DNA of 64,000 bases from Terriglobia bacterium (GTDB lineage: Bacteria; Acidobacteriota; Terriglobia; 2-12-FULL-54-10): the NCBI GenBank assembly GCA_963666975.2, contig CAXVYR010000003.1, positions 1,088,001-1,152,000 on the forward strand, written 5' to 3'. The notes beneath the pieces are model-generated. The model was given only the letters and a program-made list of their open reading frames with translations, ran no database searches and was not told the origin of the DNA. The first letter of the stretch is position 1. Each line of letters starts with the position of its first letter. Positions 39,458-49,920 of the stretch are shown here, piece after piece. Position numbers and translations under genes: made by a program.

Positions 39458-40297
39458 CTATGTTAGACCATACGCCGTTGCAGCCGGGTGGAGCGGAGCG
39501 GAACCCGGCAGTAACGGCAGGATCACTTCCGGGGCTGGCGGTCGGTAGCCCAACGCGCTGTGCGGGCGAACCTTGTTATACTCCCGCCGCCATCCCTCAA
39601 TCAACACCTTTGCTTCCCGCAAAGTGTAGAAGATCACTCTATTCAGAAACTCGTCTCGTAATTTTCCGTTAAACGATTCTACATACCCGTTTTCCCATGG
39701 GCTCCCAGGCGCGATGAAGAGGGTTTTCACCCCTACCCGCTCCAGCCAGTTCCGCACCAACCGTGCTGTGAACTCGGACCCATTATCCGAGCGAAGGTAA
39801 TCGGTAACTCCCCGCTCCACAAACAAGGCTGCCAGCCGTTCCAAAACACTCATCGAATCGGCTCGCCGTTCTACGTCGATCGCCAAACACTCTCGCGTGT
39901 ACTCATCCACCACCGTCAACATCTTCAGTGGACGACCGTCCCGGGTTCGATCTGCCACAAAATCGTATGCCCAGACATGATCCGGCCAACACGGTCGTAA
40001 CCGAAGGCACGACCCATCGTTCAACCACAGTCGGCCTCTTCGGGGTTGTTTCTTCGGCACTTTCAGCCCCTCCTGCCGCCAGATTCTCTCCACACGCTTA
40101 TGGTTCACTTGCCACCCCTCCCGTCTCAACAACGCCGTGATCCGCCGGTAGCCGTAACGGCCGTACTCGCCGGCTAGCTGCAGCGTCCGGGTTACCAGTC
40201 TCGGTTCATCCTGTGGTGCCCAGCTTCGACGCCGCTGTGTGGATCGATACTGCTTCAGCACTCGACACGCCCGCCGCTCCCAAGGTCTGGCAGACAT
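39458..40297 (-). CDS. IS3-family transposase OrfB
   Basis: YGYRRI, WAYDF, SDNGSEF and WENGYVESFNGKLRDE (DDE) motifs. Confidence 0.88.
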   Translation of the reverse strand: MSARPWERRACRVLKQYRSTQRRRSWAPQDEPRLVTRTLQLAGEYGRYGYRRITALLRREGWQVNHKRVERIWRQEGLKVPKKQPRRGRLWLNDGSCLRLRPCWPDHVWAYDFVADRTRDGRPLKMLTVVDEYTRECLAIDVERRADSMSVLERLAALFVERGVTDYLRSDNGSEFTARLVRNWLERVGVKTLFIAPGSPWENGYVESFNGKLRDEFLNRVIFYTLREAKVLIEGWRREYNKVRPHSALGYRPPAPEVILPLLPGSAPLHPAATAYGLT

Positions 40298-40327
40298 GCT
40301 CCACTGCCTGCCTCCGTCGGCGCGGGC

Positions 40328-40606
40328 TCAGAAGTTTCCCGAGGATGCCTCCTTCAGTATCGCAAGGTCCAACGCCTGATCCGCTACCAACTTCTTCAGT
40401 CGGCCATTCTCCCGTTCCAGTTCCTTCAGACGCCTCACCTGATCAACCCGTAAGCTCCCGTACTCCTTCCGCCATCGATAATATGTCTGTTCCGTGATTC
40501 CCAACTTCCGACAGACCTCTCCGGTTGTCTGGCCCTTAGCCAGTTCCACTTCCGCCTCTCGTAGATGTCGGATGATCTGTTCGGCTGTATATCGCTTCTT
40601 CGGCAT
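40328..40606 (-). CDS. IS3-family transposase OrfA
   Basis: HTH EQTYYRWRKEYG, LERENGRLKKLVAD; ends GNF (GGGAAACTT slip site). Confidence 0.88.
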   Translation of the reverse strand: MPKKRYTAEQIIRHLREAEVELAKGQTTGEVCRKLGITEQTYYRWRKEYGSLRVDQVRRLKELERENGRLKKLVADQALDLAILKEASSGNF

Positions 40607-40683
40607 CCTCTCCCCCTTCCTCAGTCCAGTCCGTACCCTAAACTCTAACTTGTCAACTGGACCAATTTATGGGGGGCAGGTCA

Positions 40684-41508
40684 CATGCCATTGGCGGGGA
40701 AGGAGCACGGGTTGGGCCGGACCTTGCCGCAGTGGCCAGCAACCGCAACCCGGTAGCCTGGGTCACAACCATGTGGAACCATGCTCCCGGCATGTTTCGC
40801 GCGCTGGCCGGAAGGGGCATTCCCTTCCCCCAATTCCAGGGAACCGAGATGGTGGACTTGCAGAGCTACATACGGGTGATGGCAGGCCCGGAGGCGGAAC
40901 AGGGTATCTATCTTCGTCTACCCTACCCTGACAATGGCGCGTCTCTGTTTCGAACGAAGCAATGCATCCGCTGCCACAGCATTGGAGGCCGCGGCGGAAG
41001 GGTGGGACCAGACCTGACGCGTGTGGCGCTGCCACGGCGGTATGGGGAGATCGCCGTGATCATGTGGAATCACGCGCCCCAGATGAACCGTCTCGTGGCC
41101 GCCCAATCCATTCCCTATCCCCAGTTCAAAACCCAGGAGTTGGCCGATGTGCTGGCCTACCTCAGTTCTTTGTCGCGAAGCCGACCGGGAGACCTGAAAG
41201 CCGGGGCCGAAACCTTTACGGCGAAAGGCTGCACCGGGTGCCACTCCACCATTGCAGCAGCGGATAGCACCGCCACAAGCAGCACGGGACCGAACCTGAC
41301 ACGTCTCCAAGAGAGTCTTACACCCGTCAGCATTGCCCGCACCATGTGGAATCACGGACCGGCCATGCTGCAGCAGATGGAAAGCTCTTCCATCCCCTGG
41401 CCTTTGTTCAACGGCAAAGAACTGGCCGATACGCTGGCATATCTCGAAAGCATCCAGAACCCATCCCGGCCAACGGCGCAACCCGCATCTTCCGGAGGGC
41501 AGCCATGA
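40684..41508 (+). pseudogene. Multi-domain class I cytochrome c, 5'-truncated by IS3
   Basis: Three modules [CxxC]H..GPDL..MWNH.P.M; CIRCH and CTGCH intact, the first cut just before its His. Confidence 0.8.
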
Positions 41509-43519
41509 AGTTGGACCGCCGCGATTTTCTATTTTTGGCCGGGGGGGCGGCCGGCGGGGCAGCCGCAGGGCGCCTGAGCCTTCGGGGCTTGAGCCGCATG
41601 AACGAAGCCCTGGCTCCAGAGATGGCGTCCTATCCGGGCGAGGAAAAGTGGGTCACCTCGATCTGCCGCCTCTGCCCCGGCGGGTGCGGTCTCCGAGTGC
41701 GAACGGTGGGAGGACGGCCCGTCAAGGTAAACGGCAATCCCTTCTACCCGTCCAACCGGGAGGGTATCTGCTCGCGCGGACAGGCGCTCTTGCAGTGGCT
41801 CTACCATCCCGACCGGATTCTCCAGCCTCAGTGGCGCGGCAACACACGGCAAAAATATGAAGCCATCCCCTGGGATCAGGCGTTGGAGATACTGGCTGCG
41901 CGGTTGCGAAAGTTAAGCGCCGAGAATCGCCAGAGCGGGTTGGTTGTTGTCACCGGACGGGGGGCAGGGTTGACCCGCAATCTGTTATCCCGCTTTCCGT
42001 CATCCTACGGCAGTAAACCTCTGTTTTGTCTGCCTGTTGGGACGGAAACGGCACAGCAAGCCTTGGAGCTGATGACCGGCTCTTTCCACACGGGAGGCGC
42101 AAGCCGCCTGGCCTATGATCTGGAAAACGCCCGCACCGTGCTGAATTTCGGCTGCGACATGCTCGAAGGGTGGGGGACTCCCGCGCACACCCTGGGGATT
42201 TTCGGACGCTGGCGCGACGGCAGCAACAGCAGGAGAACTACGCTGATCCATTTCGGCTCCAGACTTTCCGTCTCAGCCGCCCGCGCCAACGAGTGGGTGC
42301 CTGTAGAGCCCGGCACGCTGGGCGCTGTCGCCTTGGGCCTGGCCTATGTGCTGATCTCGGAGGGTCTGTACAACCGGGAGTTCATTGACAGCTACACCAC
42401 TGGCTTCGAAGACTGGACCGATTCTTCCGGGAGGCAACGCACGGGGTTCCGGAGACTGGTTCGGGCGGAGTATCGTCTTTCGCGTGTCTCTGAGATGACA
42501 GGCGTCGCTGCTGAAACCCTGGTGCGGATCGCCCGGCAGTTTGCCTCCGGTCCGGGAGCGGTGGCCATCGGGCCGCAACAGTCTCCGACCGAACCCGGCA
42601 GACTCTTCGACGCCATGTCGATCCATTCCTTGAATGCCCTGGCTGGCAGCATCGGGGCGCAAGGCGGGGTCGCGATCCTGCCATGTCCGAGGCTTTGCCA
42701 TGGAACACCGTCCCCGACCTGCTCCGCGCCAGCGCAGAGCGGGTGGCGCAGCATCAACGGGGATATCTGTTCGGCAGCGAGGTGGATGAGAGCTGGCAGC
42801 GGCTGCTGGAGCGAGGCGGCTGGTGGGCGCCCGACTGGAATTCCCCGGAGCAATTCTGGCAGGGGTTGCAAGAAAACGGAGGCTGGTGGGACCCGGCAAG
42901 CTGGCCTGCCGAACCGCAACGATTGTTCCAGACCGCTTCCGGCCGCTTTGAATTTTATTCCTTCCAGCTGGAGAAACTTTTACAGCAGCAACAAACCGCC
43001 CCCGACTCTTCTCCTAACTCCTCCTCTGAAACATCCTCCAATACGGCGAAGGACTGGGATCATCGTGTCCTGCCGCATCACACCGAATTGTTGCCAGCTT
43101 CCGGCTCGCAGCAGTTTCATCTACTGCTCGAGCCCTACGACATACTGCCTTTCTACAGAGGCGGAGGAGGTGCGATTCCTTTTTTGCAGCAGATTTCATC
43201 TCCCCTGGGCGGGGAACAATGGCAGAGCTGGGTGGAGATGAACGAGGAGGATGCCAGGAATCGGGACATTCACAATGGAGACACCGTATGGGTGGAATCA
43301 GCAGCGGGCCGAATCCGCCGCCGGGCACTCGTCATTGAGGGCGCGATGCCCGGCATCGTGGGAGCGCCCCGGGGCGGGGCACATTGGAGCAGCGATCACC
43401 CAGCCGGGCGCTGGGTTTCCCGGGAGGAATCGCTGGCAGACATATTGCTTCCTATCCTGGACCCGGTTTTGAACACGCGCAGCGCCGCTGCTACGCTGGT
43501 GAAAATTTACAAAGTGTAA
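41505..43519 (+). pseudogene. Tat-exported molybdopterin-oxidoreductase-family subunit (QrcB/ActB-like), internally deleted and frameshifted near 42683
   Basis: DRRDFL Tat signal; CRLCPGGC..C FS0 motif; C-terminal domain (WVEMNEEDA..GD.VWVES..G) in another frame, 42683..43519. Confidence 0.78.
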
Positions 43520-43539
43520 AAGCGAAAGGGCAGGTTGCA

Positions 43540-44244
43540 ATGGCGCGTTGGGGAATGGTGATTGATCTGGAAAAATGCACGGCCTGCCAGGCCTGTGTCG
43601 TCGCCTGCCAGGTCGAGAATAATGTCCCGTGCATGGAGCCGGCGGAAGCCCAGAAGGGGCGCAGCATTTTTTGGATGAGGCTGATCCCGTCTGCGGAAGG
43701 CAGATTCCCGGAAGCCAGATTCCGGTTTCTCCCCATGCCCTGCCAGCACTGCGACAATCCTCCCTGCGTGACGGTTTGCCCGGTCGATGCCACCAACATT
43801 ACTCCGGAAGGGATTGTGCGCCAGATCTTCGCCCGCTGCATCGGCTGCCGTTACTGCACCACAGCCTGTCCGTACACGGTCCGGTACTTTAACTGGTATG
43901 CGCCGGAATGGCCGGGGGGAATGGCGGAGGCTCTCAACCCGGATGTTTCGGTGCGCCCGAAGGGAGTGGTGGAAAAATGCACTTTCTGTCACCACCGTTT
44001 GCAGAAGGCGCGCGCAACAGCCCTCGCAGAAAACCGGCCGCTGGCGCCGGGAGAATATATGCCGGCCTGCGTGGAGAGTTGCCCCTCCAAAGTCATGGTC
44101 TTCGGAGACCTGGATGATCCGAGCTCCGAAGTGGCCCAGTTGTCCCGCAGTCCGCGCGCGTTTCATTTGCTGGAGGATTTGGGCACAAAACCCAAAGTGA
44201 CTTACCTCGCGGAAGGAGAGTGGAGTGGCGCAACAACTAGCTGA
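43540..44244 (+). CDS. 4Fe-4S multicluster protein (NrfC/DmsB/QrcC-like)
   Basis: CTACQACVVAC, CQHCDNPPCVTVCP, CIGCRYCTTACP and CTFC..CVESCP motifs. Confidence 0.9.
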   Translation: MARWGMVIDLEKCTACQACVVACQVENNVPCMEPAEAQKGRSIFWMRLIPSAEGRFPEARFRFLPMPCQHCDNPPCVTVCPVDATNITPEGIVRQIFARCIGCRYCTTACPYTVRYFNWYAPEWPGGMAEALNPDVSVRPKGVVEKCTFCHHRLQKARATALAENRPLAPGEYMPACVESCPSKVMVFGDLDDPSSEVAQLSRSPRAFHLLEDLGTKPKVTYLAEGEWSGATTS

Positions 44245-45580
44245 GAGGGTTGCAGTACCTGCCCAGGAGATGGATGAGGCTCTCTTCCAGCCCATCGAGA
44301 AGACCAGCCGGCGCTTCTATATCACGGTCGCAATCCTGCTGTCATTTACGCTCTTGTTTGTCGTCGCCTACTTGTGGCAACTGCGCAGCGGGTTGGGCGT
44401 AACGGGCTTGACGGTTCCGGTTTACTGGGGAATTTACATTACGAACTTTGTCTTTTTCATCGGGATCAGCCACGCCGGAACGCTGATCTCGGCCATCCTG
44501 CGCCTCTGCCACGCGGAGTGGCGGCGGCCGATTACGCGGGCCGCGGAAGTCATCACCGTCATGGTGCTTTTCTTCGGAGCGGGCAGCGTCATTGTCGATA
44601 TGGGACGCCCGGACCGCGCGTTGAACGTCATGCTGCATCCCAACTTTCGTTCTCCGCTGCTGTGGGACGTTTGCAGCATCAGCGTGTATCTGACGGCAAG
44701 CATGGTTTATCTCTACCTGCCGCTCATTCCCGATTTGGCTCTCTTGCGGGATCGCGGACAAAAGCGGAAGCGGTTTTACCGCTGGTTGGCGCTGGGCTGG
44801 ACCGGCACCGAGCGCCAGAAGCATCTCCTGGAACGGGTAATCGCCGTGATGGCCATTCTGGTGATTCCCATCGCCGTCTCGGTCCATACGGTGGTTTCTT
44901 GGGTCTTTTCGATGACGGTGCAGCCCCTGTGGCACAGCACCATCTTCGGCCCCTATTTTGTGGTCGGCGCCATCTTCTCCGGCATCGCCGCGCTGATCAT
45001 CGCCCTGGCCATCATCCGCAGCGTCTATCATCTGGAAGCTTATTTGAAGAAAATCCACTTTAACAACCTGTCGCTCTTGTTGCTGGTGATGGCGCTGCTG
45101 TGGTTCTACTTCACCTTCGCCGAGCATCTCACCACCTACTACGGAGGAGGTCCGGACGAGATGCAGATTTTGACTTCCAAGCTGACAGGCCCCTACGCGC
45201 CCTTTTTCTGGGCCATGGGGCTCTGCTGCTTCGTGGTTCCGGTTCTTATTCTGGCAATCCGCTATTTCCGCACCATCACCGGCACCGTGGTGGCTTCCTC
45301 TTTTATCGTGGTGGGAATGTGGCTGGAGCGCTACATCATCGTTGTTCCTTCGCTTTCCAAACCCCGTTTGCTGCCGAGCCAGGTCTTTTACCATCCATCC
45401 TGGGTGGAACTTTTCATTACCCTTGGATTTTTTTCCACCTTCATTCTTCTGTACGTGCTCTTTACGAAATTCTTCCCGATTGTTTCTGTGTGGGAGATCC
45501 AGGAAGGGCGCGAAAAATCTTTGGAGGAAGTGCGCGAAAGAGTGGCCACCTATCTGCCCGACCCGGCAAAGGCTACCTAG
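44225..45580 (+). CDS. NrfD/PsrC-family membrane anchor (ActC/QrcD-like)
   Basis: WGIYITNFVFFIGISHAGTLISAIL, DMGRP, SPLLWD and SVHTVVS motifs. Confidence 0.9.
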   Translation: MAQQLAERVAVPAQEMDEALFQPIEKTSRRFYITVAILLSFTLLFVVAYLWQLRSGLGVTGLTVPVYWGIYITNFVFFIGISHAGTLISAILRLCHAEWRRPITRAAEVITVMVLFFGAGSVIVDMGRPDRALNVMLHPNFRSPLLWDVCSISVYLTASMVYLYLPLIPDLALLRDRGQKRKRFYRWLALGWTGTERQKHLLERVIAVMAILVIPIAVSVHTVVSWVFSMTVQPLWHSTIFGPYFVVGAIFSGIAALIIALAIIRSVYHLEAYLKKIHFNNLSLLLLVMALLWFYFTFAEHLTTYYGGGPDEMQILTSKLTGPYAPFFWAMGLCCFVVPVLILAIRYFRTITGTVVASSFIVVGMWLERYIIVVPSLSKPRLLPSQVFYHPSWVELFITLGFFSTFILLYVLFTKFFPIVSVWEIQEGREKSLEEVRERVATYLPDPAKAT

Positions 45581-45997
45581 CTTTTCTTAACGCCGCTCTT
45601 TCATCGCTCCTGCCTGGGCCTGCGCAAGGGTCTGCTTGGGAATCTGGCGGTATTCGGATAGCTGTGCGGGCGTCAGGAGCCTCTTTGGGCCACTTGCATT
45701 CCTGTCCTGGTGGTTATCTGACCGGCGTTTTTGTACTACCTGAAGTGAGAGAGAATCTGGTGCTTCCGCAATCGACTGTTGGTGACATCAGCATCACCCT
45801 ATAATTTCCACTAGGTTGCTGGAATAAATGGCCTTAGCAGTTCCGAAGTGTAGCAAATGTAGAATAAGCCATTTTGTTCGTTGGAAATAGACAAGCTTTA
45901 ACAAAACTAGATTGCGGAGGCACCGCTCAATCGCCCAGCGGCGAGCCAAGCTGGGACGGACAAAACCCTTACAGTAACTCCGAAGAACAGCCAAAAT

Positions 45998-46103
45998 GAG
46001 CCACACTACCACCTCAAAGAGGCCAGGGCGATATTCGCTTGGCGCTACGAGACAGGAGGTGTAGGTTTTTTAGTTAATAGGGGGGCCGAAATGGACATTC
46101 CGG
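45998..46103 (+). mobile_element. Isolated IS1380-type right end
   Basis: GAGCCACACTACCACCTCAAAGAGGCCAGGGCGATATTCGC...TAGGTT...AAATGGACATTCCGG matches the reverse complement of 11028-11130. Confidence 0.7.
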
Positions 46104-46200
46104 CCCAGTTATACCGACCCAATTCTATTTGGGAAAGCACCCTTTTGCTGCTATCCTCTTATTCCGTTCCAGAAATCTGATTTTTGCGAAATAAGGTGCC

Positions 46201-47211
46201 GTGATGAGTAACTTCGACCGTCTTTTTGTTGCAATGGTGACGCCCTACAAGCCGGGCAAGCATGACATCGATGAGGCAGGACTTCGGAAGCTGCTCCGCT
46301 ACTTTCTGCAGCCGAAGTTTGTCGATGCGGGTGGTGCCATCATCATTAACCCTGAGGCCGGGGAGATCTTTTATCTTTCCCGGGAGGAAAAGCGGCGGAA
46401 CGTCGAAATCGCTAAAGAGGAGTGTGGGGGGAAGGTACCGCTCTTCGCAGGGGTCATCGCTCCTACGACGGAGGAGTGTGTTGCCGTAGCCCGCGATGCC
46501 AAGGCGGCCGGCGTGGATGGAATCTTTCTGATTCCACCCATGGGTGCCATGGACGTCACGACTTCGTGGGACGCTGAACGGTACCCCGAGGTGTGGGTGG
46601 ATATGGCCAAACAGATCTGCGATGCCGTGCACTTGCCGGCTATCACCCATCCCGTGGCCTCACCTAGCCCGAAATATGGCAATGGGTTGCCGTTGTCGGC
46701 GACCCTCAAGATGTGCACGGAGGTGCCGGAGATCATCGGCTGGAAGATGACGTATAACTACGAGGGGTACCGGATCATCTCCCGTGGGTTGCGTCAGTTC
46801 CCTCGTCACGTCGCGATCCTGGGGGCTCCTGCCGTCTACTTCCACGAGGGATTGGCAAGCGGGCAGTTCGACGGCACCGTGACCGGCTCCTTCAACTACG
46901 CAATGGAGCCGATGATCGACCACATTCAAGCCTGGAAGCGGGGTGACCTACATACGGCGCGCCGGATATGGGACTCGGGGCTGGCCGAACTTCATGAGTA
47001 TGTGTACTCGGAGTATTCCCGGCTTCATATCCGCTACAAGGCTGCATGCTGGCTCCGTGGCCTGATCGCGGAGCCATTCATGCGGCCGCCGCTACCCAAA
47101 CCCAGGGTTGAGGAAGCACGCACTCTGCGGACCCTTCTCCAGCGCAGTGGCTTGAACGTTATCGAAGAGTCTGTTATGGAGGGTCTCTTCCGAACCCCTG
47201 TCGCGGTTTGA
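46201..47211 (+). CDS. DapA/NAL-superfamily aldolase/lyase (divergent)
   Basis: AMVTPY, IDEAGLR, KVPLFAGV and Schiff-base IIGWKMT; NPEAGE replaces GxxGE. Confidence 0.8.
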   Translation: MMSNFDRLFVAMVTPYKPGKHDIDEAGLRKLLRYFLQPKFVDAGGAIIINPEAGEIFYLSREEKRRNVEIAKEECGGKVPLFAGVIAPTTEECVAVARDAKAAGVDGIFLIPPMGAMDVTTSWDAERYPEVWVDMAKQICDAVHLPAITHPVASPSPKYGNGLPLSATLKMCTEVPEIIGWKMTYNYEGYRIISRGLRQFPRHVAILGAPAVYFHEGLASGQFDGTVTGSFNYAMEPMIDHIQAWKRGDLHTARRIWDSGLAELHEYVYSEYSRLHIRYKAACWLRGLIAEPFMRPPLPKPRVEEARTLRTLLQRSGLNVIEESVMEGLFRTPVAV

Positions 47212-47455
47212 CGATCCGGGGGGTCGCGAGCGAGTCAGCAGGAAGGATGGCCTGTAGTTTTAGGCTTCCTCTCAGCCCTTCTCGAATGAGGATTCCCGTA
47301 TGGGTTCAGGTACTCCGCTACAACCCTCTGAAAGACAAGCGGAGCCCTTCGCTGCCAGCCTGCCTTCGCGTTCGAGTAGTGCCTGGCGGGGCTGAAGGCC
47401 ATCCGGATATTCAAACGAATCGGAATGCAGGAAACCTCAGGAGGGCGCTTTCAGG

Positions 47456-48838
47456 GTGGCTGTTCCGTCAAAAGGCAATTCGCTCCCTGCGGACCAATCC
47501 ACAGCGCGGCTCGTGGCACGCATCGAGCGGTTGCCCCTATCAAGATTTCATATCAAGGCACGCGTCCTTGTCGGAACAGCTACCTTCTTTGACGCCTTCG
47601 ATGCTCTCTCCATCGCGTACATCCTGCCCGTGCTGGTTCCTCTGTGGGGCCTGACCCCAGCCATGATTGGCGGCCTGATTTCGATCGGCTATGTCGGGCA
47701 ATTGGTGGGAGCGCTCTTGCTGGGATGGCTCGCCGAGCGCCGCGGGCGCATGTTCGCCCTGCTGCTGAGCGTGGCGGTGTTTGCTCTCTTCAGCCTTCTC
47801 GCGGCATCGTCCTGGGACTATACCTCTCTGTTCATCTTCCGCACACTGCAGGGGGTTGGGCTCGGCGGAGAAGTGCCGGTGGCTGCTACGTATATCAATG
47901 AGATCAGTAAAGCTAAAGGCCGAGGACGCTTCGTTCTGCTTTACGAATTGATTTTCCCCGTTGGCCTGTTGACCGCGGCATTTGTCGGCTGGTGGGTCGT
48001 TCCAAGCTGGGGATGGCAGACGATGTTTCTGATCGGCGGGCTCCCGGCGTTGCTGGTTCTGCCCCTGCGATGGCTGCTACCGGAATCGCCGCGCTGGCTG
48101 GCGAACCGCGGCCGGCTCAAAGAGGCTGATGTAATCGTGACCCAGCTTGAGGTGGAAGCGAGCCGGGGCGGCAAAATCGAGTTACCCCCAGTCGTCGAGA
48201 CACCCCCCGTTGTGGAGCGGAAAACCCGGTGGCAGGAGCTTTTCCGGGGGAGATACCGTCGACGGACGCTGGTGGTGTGGGTTCTTTGGTTCAGCGTGTA
48301 CCTCTCGACTTACGGTATTTCAACGTGGCTTCCGACCATTTATGCTTCGGTTTTCAATCTACCCCTGGCCGACGCACTTCGCTACCCACTCATTACGTCC
48401 TCCTTTGGTTTGGTGGGAACACTGGCCTGCGCGCTGCTGATCGACCGTACTGGCCGGAAGATCTGGTTTACAGTGGCCGCCATGGTGGGCGGCCTTCTGC
48501 TTTTGACCCTGTGGTGGCTTGGAGCAAGTTCAGCGCTCCAGGTGTTGGTCCTCGCCACTGCCGCGCACATGTCCTTTAACACCATCGCGCTTGGGTTGTA
48601 CTTGTATACCCCTGAGATTTACCCGACCCGCATGCGGGCTCTCGGCAGCAGTATAGGCTCAGCCTGGCTCCGAGCAGCATCCGCCATTGGACCGTTCGTG
48701 ATGGGGTTCGTGGTTGCTACGGGTCGGCTTTCCACAGCTTTCCTTCTGTTCGGAGCCGTGCTCATGGCGGCTAGTGTGATCACCGGACTGTTTGGGACCG
48801 AAACAAAAGGCCGGGTGCTTGAAGAGATCTCGCCGTAG
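47456..48838 (+). CDS. MFS transporter (organic/aromatic acid-type)
   Basis: FFDAFD, LAERRGR, GLGGEVPVA, PESPRWL and EIYPTRMRA motifs. Confidence 0.9.
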   Translation: MAVPSKGNSLPADQSTARLVARIERLPLSRFHIKARVLVGTATFFDAFDALSIAYILPVLVPLWGLTPAMIGGLISIGYVGQLVGALLLGWLAERRGRMFALLLSVAVFALFSLLAASSWDYTSLFIFRTLQGVGLGGEVPVAATYINEISKAKGRGRFVLLYELIFPVGLLTAAFVGWWVVPSWGWQTMFLIGGLPALLVLPLRWLLPESPRWLANRGRLKEADVIVTQLEVEASRGGKIELPPVVETPPVVERKTRWQELFRGRYRRRTLVVWVLWFSVYLSTYGISTWLPTIYASVFNLPLADALRYPLITSSFGLVGTLACALLIDRTGRKIWFTVAAMVGGLLLLTLWWLGASSALQVLVLATAAHMSFNTIALGLYLYTPEIYPTRMRALGSSIGSAWLRAASAIGPFVMGFVVATGRLSTAFLLFGAVLMAASVITGLFGTETKGRVLEEISP

Positions 48839-49029
48839 TAGGGCGACCCTTACTCTCGCTCCGTCTCAGCCGCAATTCCACCGGACAAAGGCGCCTTGTA
48901 CAATCCCCCGCGTGAAGCTTCACACACAGGGTAGAATCCGTCGGCAGGAGTGGGGTATGGAGAGAACCACCGGAACCACAGCAGGTGCGGCCAGGAGCGG
49001 CTCCTGATGGTAAAGGAGGGATTGCCCGA

Positions 49030-49512
49030 ATGGACGGTTTATTTCCTCTCATTGGAGTATGGTTAGGCTGGGGGCTTACCGAAAAATCACACCAGCGGCG
49101 TAGAGCTTCAGAAGAAGTGGAAACCAGACGAAGGGTTTCCCTTGCCCTGAAGTGCGAAGTGGAAATCCTTCGTAAAAAGATTGAATTGAACCCCCCGGAT
49201 GGTGTTGGGAAATCACCTGGCCTAATCCACGAAAACTATTTCGCGGCCTTCGATTCAAATACTGCTATCGTCGGCCAACTTGACGAGGCTGAAAAGATTC
49301 TTTCGTTCTATGGCAATGTCAAAGAGCATATGGATTGTCTCCGAGCGTATAGCGCAACCCATTTACAATGGCAGGCGAACATAAACAATGGGCACCTCGG
49401 GACACACGTGGGAAACACTCCTACTGACCTTGTTAAACGACGTAGACCTTTGCTCGACGAAGCTGCGGGTGTGATTACATGCCTGGAGCGCCTCAGCAAG
49501 GATGGCGGTTAG
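49030..49512 (+). CDS. Hypothetical protein with an N-terminal TM segment
   Basis: ATG after AGGAGG; lower GC. Confidence 0.5.
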   Translation: MDGLFPLIGVWLGWGLTEKSHQRRRASEEVETRRRVSLALKCEVEILRKKIELNPPDGVGKSPGLIHENYFAAFDSNTAIVGQLDEAEKILSFYGNVKEHMDCLRAYSATHLQWQANINNGHLGTHVGNTPTDLVKRRRPLLDEAAGVITCLERLSKDGG

Positions 49513-49920
49513 TATGTGTGCGGAAATAAATTAAGGACCGAGAGAAGGGCTGGCGAGGGCAAGCCATTAGGCGATAGGGAGAAGAAGCAGGGTGCCGCGA
49601 TGCCGCACACCAAAGAGGCAATGAGCACACGATCACCATCACGTGGATTCTTTTAGTGAGCCCGTGAAACCAAGTCCCCCTTCTCGCTGAACGGCTGCCC
49701 CCCTGCACAATCAGCGGCGTTCATTCGGGCGCACCTTTGCAGGCCAGCAAACTTCCGCAACTGATCACATGACAACCTGGCCCCTACGAATTTATTTTTT
49801 AATTTTTTTGTGAGACGCGCACAGCCAGGCGCCCATACACGCGTCGGTGCGGACCCCCTGGACAATTGACGGGGATTGGACAATTAAATGGCGCAGAAGG
49901 GTGTTGCCTTGAAGCGGGTG

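Larger units (their letters stand above)
39429..40683 (-). mobile_element. IS3-family (IS407 group) insertion sequence
   Basis: IRs TGACCTGCCCCCGGTTATTGGTCCA / TGACCTGCCCCCCATAAATTGGTCCA; orfA and orfB present; no TSD. Confidence 0.9.

Noticed and set aside
42683-43241. C-terminal 186 aa of ORF 41346..43241 as real protein
   Set aside because: Out-of-frame read-through after the deletion; the conserved domain is in frame 42683..43519
44342-45394. 350-aa minus-strand ORF (similarly 16216..17067, 8596..9405, 32035..32853, 37939..38703)
   Set aside because: Antisense shadows of well-supported genes
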